From NCBI GenBank assembly GCA_963762145.1, contig CAVXJS010000017.1, forward strand, positions 52,741 to 116,740: DNA of 64,000 bases. The letters are read 5' to 3'. Position 1 is the first letter of the stretch. Each line of letters begins with the position of its first letter. The translations under genes and the position numbers were made by a program. Shown here in pieces: positions 56,703-64,000 of the stretch. The notes beneath the pieces were generated by a model, which saw nothing but the letters and a program-made list of their open reading frames with translations, did no database searches and was not told the origin of the DNA. The stretch comes from an uncultured Candidatus Rokubacteria bacterium. Lineage in GTDB: Bacteria; Methylomirabilota; Methylomirabilia; Rokubacteriales; CSP1-6.

Positions 56703-58313
56703 CTAGGTCGCCGGGATGAGCCGGAGCACGTCCTGGCCCACCACCGGCTTGACGAGGTGTGCGTCGAAGCCCGCCTCGGCCGACCGCTGTCGATCGGCGT
56801 CCTGTCCGTAGCCGGTCAGCGCGACGAGCCGGACGTCATGGCCGAGGCGCGCCCGCAGTGTGCGGGCGACCTCGTAGCCGTCCACGTCCGGGAGGCCGAT
56901 GTCGACCAGGACGAGGTCGGGACGGTCGTCGAAGACCAGGGCCATCCCGTCGCGCCCCGTCGCCCCGGCTCGCACATCGCATCCGAGCAGGCGCAGCGCC
57001 ACGACGAGCGCCTCGCGCCCGTCCGCGTTGTCCTCGATGACGACGATGCGCCGCGGCGGGGCGTCTTTTGCCGCCGGCCCGGCGTCGGGCGGCAAGGGCC
57101 TCGAGGTGATGGGCAGGCGCATCGTGAATTCCGCGCCGGCCTCGCCGCGCCCCGCCTTCACGGTTCCGATATGGAGCTCCACGATCCGCCTGACCAGGCT
57201 CAGCCCGATGCCGAGCCCGCCGCTGGTGCGGGCCAGCGTGGGGTTGGCCTGGGTGAACAGATCGAAGATGGCGTCCATCTTGTCCGGCGGAATCCCCGGG
57301 CCGTTGTCGCTGACGCGCAGGACGGCCTCGGTCCCCTCCGCGGCCAGCGTCAGCGAGATCGAGCCGCCGACCGGCGTGTACTTGCTGGCGTTGTCGAGCA
57401 GATTCCCGATGGCCTGCTGGAGGCGATCGGCGTCGCCGAGCACGATGATGGGCTCGGACGGAAGGGAGAGCGCCAGGTTCTGCTGCTTCTCCTCGATCCG
57501 ATGGGACTGCTGCTCCAGGGAGCGAGCCGTGAGGGCCCGGAGATCGACCGGGACTCGCTCGAGCTCGATACGGCCCCGGGTGAATCGCGCGGCATCGAGG
57601 AGGTCGTCGAGCAGCCGGGAGAGGTGAGCGGTCTGACGATGGATCACCGCTCGGGCCATCGCGGGCATCGGATCGTCGGTGGCCGTGTGGTCCAGGATGC
57701 TGACCGCGTTGACGACGGCGCCGAGCGGATTGCGAAGCTCGTGGGCGACGGTGGCGAGGAACTCGTCCTTGGCCCGGTTCGCCGCTTCCGCGTCGCGCCG
57801 GGCCGCGCGCTCTCGCTCGAACAGCTGCTTGCTCGCGACGTCGGCGTGGGCGCGGTCGAGGCCGAACGCCACGTACTGGCCGACGAGGGTCGCGGTGTTC
57901 AGCTCCTCATCGCTGAAGTCGTGCACGAGATCGTAGTAGAGCATGAACTTGCCGATCAGACGGTGCTTGTAGGTCAACGGAATGAAGGCGAGAGCCCGGA
58001 TGCCTTCCGCGGTGATCACATCCCGAAACGCATTCAGGGTTGGCTCCGCGAGAACGTCCGGGATCGCGATCGGGACGGGGTTCTCGACATCCGCGGCCCA
58101 CGGGGAGTGGCCCTCCACGGTCGCCCGGTAGCGCGCCGAGAGCCCACGCGCGGCGCGGAAGCGCATGATCCCTTCGTCGTCGAGCAGAAGGATCCCGGCT
58201 CGGTGCGCGCCGGTGCTCGCCATCACCGCGTCGATGGCGGGTTCGTAGATCGCACCGGGTCCGTCGGCGTCGGAGACGCAGTCCGCGAGCCGGGAGAGGA
58301 GGCGCGGGTCCAT
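56703..58313 (-). CDS. Soluble hybrid histidine kinase (GAF-HisKA-HATPase-REC)
   Basis: ANRAKDEFLA..AHELRNPL, NLLDNASKYT, DNGPGI, GGLGIGL, IEDN..DIGLP, HLVKP. Confidence 0.95.
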   Translation of the reverse strand: MDPRLLSRLADCVSDADGPGAIYEPAIDAVMASTGAHRAGILLLDDEGIMRFRAARGLSARYRATVEGHSPWAADVENPVPIAIPDVLAEPTLNAFRDVITAEGIRALAFIPLTYKHRLIGKFMLYYDLVHDFSDEELNTATLVGQYVAFGLDRAHADVASKQLFERERAARRDAEAANRAKDEFLATVAHELRNPLGAVVNAVSILDHTATDDPMPAMARAVIHRQTAHLSRLLDDLLDAARFTRGRIELERVPVDLRALTARSLEQQSHRIEEKQQNLALSLPSEPIIVLGDADRLQQAIGNLLDNASKYTPVGGSISLTLAAEGTEAVLRVSDNGPGIPPDKMDAIFDLFTQANPTLARTSGGLGIGLSLVRRIVELHIGTVKAGRGEAGAEFTMRLPITSRPLPPDAGPAAKDAPPRRIVVIEDNADGREALVVALRLLGCDVRAGATGRDGMALVFDDRPDLVLVDIGLPDVDGYEVARTLRARLGHDVRLVALTGYGQDADRQRSAEAGFDAHLVKPVVGQDVLRLIPAT

Positions 58314-58334
58314 CGGACTTGGTTTCGGAAGTGA

Positions 58335-58363
58335 AGTATAGAGGGGCCACCTACCCTTGGCAA
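58335..58363 (-). promoter_or_regulatory. Sigma-70-type promoter of hybrid kinase
   Basis: TTGCCA-N17-TATACT on the minus strand. Confidence 0.6.
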
Positions 58364-58503
58364 CTCGGTAGGGAGCTAGTACACTGCCCGTGCCTTCCGA
58401 CGCGCCACGGGTTTGACGGACGCACAGCGTCACGGCACCTCGGCATCTGGCTCTGTCTTCCCTTCCGTGCGCGGGTGTTCGATCCCCGCCGAGGATGAGC
58501 CAA

Positions 58504-58777
58504 ATGGATGAGGCGGAAGTCCGGCAGAGGGTCGTGGATCGGCTTCGAGGACGGGAAGCTCCCGGGTCAGCCTCCGGATCGCCTGTGGGGAGGCCCGGGA
58601 GTCAATGCCCCGTGTGCCGTCTGTGACCGGCCGGTCAGAACGGACGAGATGGAGTTCGAGGTGCAGTTCGCGCGAGACGGAGGCGCTCCCCATTTCGACG
58701 TGTTTCACGTCCACACCCGCTGCTACGCGGTGTGGGAGCTGGTCCGAGGAGATCAGTCCGGAGCAGGCTCCGCGTGA
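58504..58777 (+). CDS. Small putative Zn-binding protein A (probable frameshift near 58546)
   Basis: MDEAEVRQRVVDRL|DGKLP..PDRLWGGPG..APCAVC...EMEFEVQF...HVHTRCYAVWE. Confidence 0.72.
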
Positions 58778-59025
58778 GCGAGCGGTCACTCCGGGACCTG
58801 GTCAAGGCGCAGCTTGGGGACGGCCGTCTTCCCACGCAGCCGCCGAGACGCGTCTATGGAGGCCTCGGCATCGGGGCGCTGTGCCGGATCTGTGGCCGGC
58901 CGGTGGGAACGCACGAGAACGAGCTGCAGGTGCAGTTCATGCCGGATCCGGACCCGCTGAGCATCGTCATCTTCCATCTGCACGCCCCCTGCTACGCGGC
59001 ATGGGAGCTGGAGCGGTCGGGCTAG
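58774..59025 (+). CDS. Small putative Zn-binding protein B (paralog of A)
   Basis: DGRLP..PRRVYGG.G.GALCRIC...ENELQVQF...HLHAPCYAAWE; GTGA overlap. Confidence 0.75.
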   Translation: MSERSLRDLVKAQLGDGRLPTQPPRRVYGGLGIGALCRICGRPVGTHENELQVQFMPDPDPLSIVIFHLHAPCYAAWELERSG

Positions 59026-59026
59026 T

Positions 59027-59242
59027 TCAACGGCGGCTGCGCCGCTTGCGCGGGACTTTCTTGCCCTTCTTGCGCGCCTCGGATAGTCCGATCGCGATGG
59101 CCTGCTTGCGGCTCTTGACCTTGCCGCCCTTTCCGCCTTTGCCGCTTCTCAACGTGCCACGCTTCCGGCGCCGCATGGCGCCCTCGACGTCCTTGCTGGC
59201 ACCCCGGCTGTACTTCCGCTTGCGAGACTTTCTTGCCGCCAC
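59027..59242 (-). CDS. Small basic protein, DUF6496-like
   Basis: GTLRSG..GKVKSRKQAIAIGLSEARKKGKKVP; SD GGAGGAGGA. Confidence 0.85.
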   Translation of the reverse strand: MAARKSRKRKYSRGASKDVEGAMRRRKRGTLRSGKGGKGGKVKSRKQAIAIGLSEARKKGKKVPRKRRSRR

Positions 59243-59255
59243 TGGAGTCCTCCTC

Positions 59256-61013
59256 CTAGATCAGCTCGCGTACCTTGTCCGCCAAGATCGTCATCGCGAT
59301 CTTCTCCCGATTGGGCTCGCCTCGGATCAGCGACTTCGCGAAGCTGCACCGTCTGCTTCGACCGTCACCTTGGGGGGCATCGGCGGCTCGAACGGATCCA
59401 CCACGGCCTGGACGACCACCGGCCCGGGGGCCGCGAGCGCGGCGTCGAGGGCGTCGCCGCACTCGGCCGGGTTCTCGACCGTGATGCCGGTGCCTCCGCA
59501 GGCCTCGGCGAAGGCGGCGAAGTCGATCGGGTGGAGCTCGCACGCCGTACTCGGGATTGCCGAGGAAGACCATCTGCTCCCACTTGATCTGCCCCAGCGT
59601 GCTGTTCTTCACGACCACCACCTTCACGGGCAGCCGATACTTCACGCAGGTCGCGAACTCGGCCATCAACATCGAGAAGCCGCCGTCGCCGACGAAGGCC
59701 ACGCACCTGGCGCTCCGGGATACGCGATCTGCGCCGCGATCGCGTAGGGAAGCGCGTTGGCCATGCTGGCGAGGTTGCCCGACACCGAGTGCATCTGCCC
59801 GCGCCGCGCCGGGATGTGGCGGGCCCACCAGGTGGTGATGGTGCCGCTGTCGCACGCAGACGATCGCGTCGTCTGCGCAGGCGGAGGCCCAGCTCCCGGG
59901 CGACGACCTGCGGCTTCATCGGCTTGTCGCGCGAGTCTCGCGCTCGTCGCATCAGCCGGCGCCAGTCCTTCATGCCCTCCTGGGCCTGCTCGAGGAACGC
60001 GCGGTCGGTCCGTGCGATCGAGGAGCGGAGCGAGTGCGTGCGAGCGTGGCCGGCTGTCGCCGATCAGTCCGACCTCGACGGGATAGCGCAGGCCGATCCG
60101 CATCGGGTCGAGCTCGATCTGGACCGCCCGCGCCTGACCGGGCTTCGGGGTAGAACTCGATGTACGGGAACGACGTGCCGACGATCAGCAGCGTGTCGCA
60201 CTCCTCGATCGCCTCCTGCGACGGCCGCGTGCCGAGCAGGCCGATGCCGCCGGTGGTGTACGGGCTATCGTCGGGCACCGCCGCCTTGCCCAGCAGCGGC
60301 TTGACGATCGGCGCGCCGAGCGCTCGGCTACCGCTCCAGCTCGTCCGTCGCGCCGAGCGCGCCGCGCCCGGCGAGGATGGCGATCTTCTTTCCGCCGTTC
60401 AGCACCTCGGCGGCCTCTTGCGGAGCTTCGTCTCGGCGGCAGCCGAGCGCTGCGCGCCCAGGCGTCCGACGTGTGGTGGGGGACGTTGCGCTTCGAGCGC
60501 GTTCCGACCTGCATCTCCTGGACGTCGACCGGGAACGTGACGTGCGCGACGCCGCGATAGGCCAGCGCGGTGCGGCACGCGAGATCGACGACGTTCTCGA
60601 CGTGGGCCGGGCCCATGACGCGCTCGTTGTACGTGCCACGTCCATGAACAGCCGATCGAGCGTCGACGTCCTGCTGCGTGTGCGTGCCGATCAGGTCGTG
60701 AATAGGCCAGCCCGGTGATGGCCAGCACCGGCTGGCCGTCGAGCTTGGCGTCGTAGAGCCCGTTGAGCAGGTGGATGCCGCCGGGTCCCGAGGTGGCCAG
60801 GCAGACGCCGAGCCGCCCGGTGAACTTGGCGTAGCCGCAGGCCATGAACGCCGCGGACTCCTCGTGGCGGACCTGCACGAAGCGGATGCGGTCCTGCCGC
60901 GTGCGCAGCGCCTCCATGATGCCGTTGATGCCGTCGCCGGGCAGGCCGAAGACCACGTCCACGCCCCAGTCGTGAATGGTATCGATCAGGACATCGGCTG
61001 CGGTGTCTGCCAT
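59256..61013 (-). CDS. poxB: ThDP-dependent pyruvate oxidase/dehydrogenase (heavily frameshifted)
   Basis: FGLPGDGING, VRHEESAAFMA, TSGPGGIHLLNGLYDAK, GGIGLLGT, SGNLASMANALPYAI, GDGGFSML, LGQIKWEQ across frames. Confidence 0.88.
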
Positions 61014-61024
61014 GACCGTTCTCC

Positions 61025-61333
61025 TCAGGTGAGCACGGGACCGTCGAGGACCCGCCGCAGCCGCTCCGCGGCCTGCGCGCAGGCGGTCGACCGGTCGTAT
61101 GCGCCCCGGAGCTGAAGGGTCGAAGCGGCTCGGTCGAAGAACTGGAGCAGGTCGCGGGCATCCTCCTCCGTACAGCGCACGCGACGCAGATCGCTGTCCC
61201 CGGTCTCGGCCGCGGCGTTCTCGATGGCGACCTTCGTCTCCGGCCGGAGCGAAGAATCGCCCTGTCCGTCCACACCGGCGATCGCGATCTGGCAGGCCAC
61301 GTCCTCGATGGGCACATCGGGCGCTGGACTCAT
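61025..61333 (-). CDS. Hypothetical protein
   Basis: GC3-biased ORF, SD-like AAAGGGGA, ends 11 nt before poxB. Confidence 0.65.
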   Translation of the reverse strand: MSPAPDVPIEDVACQIAIAGVDGQGDSSLRPETKVAIENAAAETGDSDLRRVRCTEEDARDLLQFFDRAASTLQLRGAYDRSTACAQAAERLRRVLDGPVLT

Positions 61334-61365
61334 GGATATCCCCTTTTTGAACGAGATCGGATTGC

Positions 61366-61382
61366 AGCAAGGGATGTGCCGC
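61366..61382 (-). promoter_or_regulatory. Sigma-54 promoter (leftward)
   Basis: Minus strand CGGCACATCCCTTGCT (GG-N10-GC). Confidence 0.62.
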
Positions 61383-61562
61383 GCCGCCAGCCTTCTGTTC
61401 CGGGCATGCAGTGTCATTGGCGCCCGACGGGTGGATCGTTCATCCGGATCGGTCAAGGTGACTCAGCAAAGCTGCCGACTGCCGCTGGAAAAAAACTACC
61501 GCTGCGCTGCCTCGTGACCCCGACGGAGGCCGCGGCTTCGCCGATTCGCAGACGCCGACGCC

Positions 61563-61579
61563 CTGGCATTTGCCTTGCT
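61563..61579 (+). promoter_or_regulatory. Sigma-54 promoter (rightward)
   Basis: CTGGCATTTGCCTTGCT (GG-N10-GC). Confidence 0.65.
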
Positions 61580-61638
61580 GCACGCGTCAATACGCTCCCG
61601 AGCGCCGAAGGAACGAGCAAGCGGCAAAGGAGGGCTCC

Positions 61639-61806
61639 ATGGAGCCACGAGAGCCATTTGACGAAGAGATCCCCATCTTCGACGAGATCGACGGCGACTG
61701 GATCGAGGAGGAGGATGACGACGACCTGGCATACGCCTTGAACTTGAAGCGGCGCGCCAGCGAGGAGGAGCAGGACGAAGGTCAGGCCCGGGAGGACCTG
61801 TTGTAG
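61639..61806 (+). CDS. Small highly acidic protein (55 aa)
   Basis: SD AAGGAGG; MEPREPFDEEIPIFDEIDGDWIEEEDDDDLAY... Confidence 0.68.
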   Translation: MEPREPFDEEIPIFDEIDGDWIEEEDDDDLAYALNLKRRASEEEQDEGQAREDLL

Positions 61807-61822
61807 GCGCGGGCGCTACCGG

Positions 61823-62245
61823 TCAGGTCGCCTTGCCGTCGGTGGGCGCGCCGCCGGGGTTGAAGGGCGGATCGTCGTCCGGGATCTCCGGGACTCCGCG
61901 GTCGATGTTGGAGGAGACGTACTTGCGCATGCTGAAGCAGCGGTTTCCGTGGCTGGCGGTGTCGCCATCCTGGAACTTCACCGGCCGGCGCTCGCCTTTG
62001 TCCCCCGGCCCTTTGGTTCCGGGCTTGTACTTCACCATGAAGTGCAGGTGAGAGAACAGGCTGATGCCACGTTGCCGGCCGCCGCGATCGATGCCCCGCG
62101 TGGACGTGGAGCGGGTTGGTCGCGTTGGCGGCGGCGGGAATCCCGGCGGCGATCTCGGTGACCCCGCCCTTGCGCAGGTGAAGGTACTCGGCCACCGACT
62201 CGTCCTTGTGCTCGACGTGGATCTCGTTGGGCGTTTGCCACACGT
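61823..62245 (-). CDS. 3' fragment of M23 family metallopeptidase (frameshifted, cut at junction)
   Basis: NEIHVEHKDESVAEYLHL ... HVHAG|IAAAGNV|ISLFSHLHFMV, the M23 YxHL and HLHF motifs. Confidence 0.75.
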   Translation of the reverse strand, partial: TCGKRPTRSTSSTRTSRWPSTFTCARAGSPRSPPGFPPPPTRPTRSTSTRGIDRGGRQRGISLFSHLHFMVKYKPGTKGPGDKGERRPVKFQDGDTASHGNRCFSMRKYVSSNIDRGVPEIPDDDPPFNPGGAPTDGKAT

Positions 62246-62250
62246 GGTTT
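62236..62250. other. Compositional breakpoint / probable chimeric junction
   Basis: GC-rich to AT-rich switch within a few bases; genes on both sides lack their 5' ends. Confidence 0.9.
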
Positions 62251-62557
62251 TTATTTCAATTGATCCAGCTCGCCATCGATTAACAGCGATACATCAAAGT
62301 AATTGATGGATCTGATTCGCAACTGGATTTTTGGTATGTGGTAGTAAAGATCAAGTTGATTAGTCTTGACAGTCGGTGTGCTTTACATAAAAGTGATACA
62401 GCAAGATATTCAAAACGATAAAAATTATCAAATGGATCACAGTGGCACCATTTTATTATTGGATCCAAAAGGCCAGCTTTATGCCGTATTTTCAATGCCA
62501 CATGATGTGAGCGCAATTGTAAAAGATTATGAAGCTATTGTGAGCGAGTATGGGTAA
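62245..62557 (+). CDS. 3' fragment of SCO1/SenC family copper chaperone (frameshifted)
   Basis: VVFISIDPAR ... YQMDHSGTILLLDPKGQLYAVFSMPH. Confidence 0.85.
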
Positions 62558-62594
62558 AAATAGTAACTTCTCACTGGTGAACTTGCTGGAGGGT

Positions 62595-62655
62595 ACCTCT
62601 CCCCTTGTGGGAGAGGTCGATTCTCGCGTGTTTTTCGCGAGAAGCGGGTGAGGGG
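62595..62655 (+). repeat. REP-like composite palindromic element
   Basis: ACCTCTCCC-N5-GGGAGAGGT stem, TTCTCGCG-N7-CGCGAGAA stem, then GGGTGAGGGG; GC-rich island in AT-rich DNA. Confidence 0.75.
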
Positions 62656-62694
62656 TAATAAAACAAATTAAATTTTTATTTACATTAATCAATC

Positions 62695-63160
62695 ATGAAC
62701 ACCGAAATTTTCAACGAAAAAGATATCTGGCGTCCACACGTCACAGTGGCCGCTGTTGTTGAGCGCGACAATAAATTTTTATTAGTCGAAGAAATCGTCA
62801 ATGGCCAACTGGTTTACAATCAACCCGCAGGTCATTTAGAAGAAAACGAAAATATTGTTAATGCCGTCATACGCGAAACACTAGAAGAAAGTGCTTGGCA
62901 TTTTGTGCCGCAGCATTTAATTGGTATTTATTTTTATAAAACCAGCAGTGGCATTACTTATCAACGAGTTTGTTTTGTTGGCGAATGTGTAAAACACGAA
63001 CCATAATGTGAACTCGACACCGCAATTGTGCGTAGCTTATGGCTCACACGTGATGAACTGATTGCTGAATCAAAGGAAACTACGCAGCCCCATGGTGATG
63101 CGCTGTATCGATGATTATCTTAAAGGCGTGCGCTATCCCTTAGAACTAGTTGCTGAGTGA
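62695..63160 (+). CDS. nudJ: NUDIX hydrolase NudJ/YmfB (internal stop at 63004 and a frameshift)
   Basis: PHVTVAAVVE...FLLVEE...NQPAGHLE..E....AVIRETLEES; after the stop LD..I....WLTRDEL..|LRSPMVMRCIDDYL.G.RYPL. Confidence 0.85.
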
Positions 63161-63236
63161 ATGAATTCTCGCTGAATAAAACCTTAAGGTTAGTTTCCTA
63201 TAATGACTGAAGGCTAATCAAGCAAACGAGGGTGTT

Positions 63237-63516
63237 ATGTCAAAATGTTGTAAAGGTTGTACTTGTGGATATTGTATAACCGCGGTTTTAGTTTCGAGTG
63301 TGTTTGGTGTTTTGATGGCGCTCGGTATTTTAGGTCATTGCAAAGAGCTCATCATCAGAAAAAGGAGCAGTAGAAGCTGCTGCAACAGCAGGAGTTATAA
63401 CAGCGGGTGTATGTGCTCTTCTGTTTTCTCTCTATGCATGTGTTCGAGTGCCTGCACCTGCGCAGCCACAGCTTAGCAGAAATGAAAACTCCGCATCTTG
63501 CTGTTGTCGTCCTTAA
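63237..63516 (+). CDS. Small two-TM Cys-rich protein (frameshift near 63336)
   Basis: SD GAGG; MSKCCKGCTCGYC + TM | ..AGVITAGVCALLFSLYAC + ..SCCCRP-stop after one frame change. Confidence 0.5.
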
Positions 63517-63575
63517 GTTGTTGCGAAGTAGTTATTGTTGTAAAGTGATGCAGCTGTTTTTTTTAGGAGTGAGTT

Positions 63576-64000
63576 ATGCCTAATTGTTTTTTCAGTTTTA
63601 CTCGATGTTGGCCGTTGAAAATGACTGTTGTAGGTGTTGTGTTTGGGGGATGTTTTTGCGGCAAGAGAGGCGAACCCTGCTTATCTTGCGTTGATTGGGG
63701 CGGGGATAGTGCTTGATCTACTTTTGCGTGGCTGTGCAAAATGCAAAGAAGATATGCAGCAGCCTGCTCCAATGCAAGCCGCTCCACAACAAGCAGCAGT
63801 TGCTCTTCATGCTCCTCCGTTAGTAATTCCAGCGCAAGAAAGTTCCACCACTATAACGGTTGAAGGTAGTGTAGCATCGCCACTACAAGCCCCTCTTCCA
63901 GGAGCGGTTAACCAAGAAGGATCTCAATTAAATGCACGCCACGCAACATATAGAGCGAGCCACGTAGATTCTCCTTCTGCTTCTCATGCTCCGCCTCCAC
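63576..64000 (+). CDS. Membrane protein with Pro/Ala/Gln-rich tail (frameshift near 63660; runs off window)
   Basis: SD AGGAG; MPNCFFSF..VVGVVFGG | AYLALIGAGIVLDLLLRGCAKCKEDMQQPAPMQAAPQQ.., open to the window end. Confidence 0.5.

Noticed and set aside
59256-61013. poxB and D-aminoacylase as pseudogenes or programmed frameshifts
   Set aside because: Indels are scattered with no slippery-site pattern and motifs are intact; sequencing error is more parsimonious, though unproven.
63004-63006. In-frame TAA in nudJ as stop-codon recoding
   Set aside because: Single instance in an error-rich segment, and TAA terminates neighbouring genes normally.
62245-64000. AT-rich genomic island or prophage
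   Set aside because: Housekeeping genes, mid-gene breakpoints and no mobility genes or att site.

Overview
Positions 1-~62240 are very GC-rich, gene-dense bacterial chromosome. The gene repertoire points to a Ca. Rokubacteria/Methylomirabilota-like soil bacterium (inference): double-zinc-ribbon/cyclase/AAA/TPR proteins, four LLM flavin oxidoreductases, orphan solute-binding proteins, amidohydrolases and MaoC/NTF2 pairs. At ~62240 the sequence switches abruptly, mid-gene on both sides, to AT-rich Gammaproteobacteria-like DNA (SCO fragment, nudJ, Cys-rich membrane ORFs), most likely a chimeric or concatenated join. Many genes carry single-base indels clustered in patches, consistent with unpolished long-read sequence. 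I found no rRNA, tRNA, CRISPR array or transposase. The best candidates for undescribed systems are: (1) two flavin split-barrel proteins plus a GAF/class III nucleotide cyclase with non-canonical specificity residues, embedded in a catabolic operon (30966-33232); (2) a predicted sigma-54 operon encoding a double-FHA protein, a membrane Ser/Thr kinase (DFS motif), a TPR lipoprotein and a flap-less PP2C (3093-6856); (3) divergent sigma-54 promoters at a poxB/small-protein cluster; and (4) a heme c-fused copper monooxygenase. All calls come from reading motifs by eye; no database search was run.
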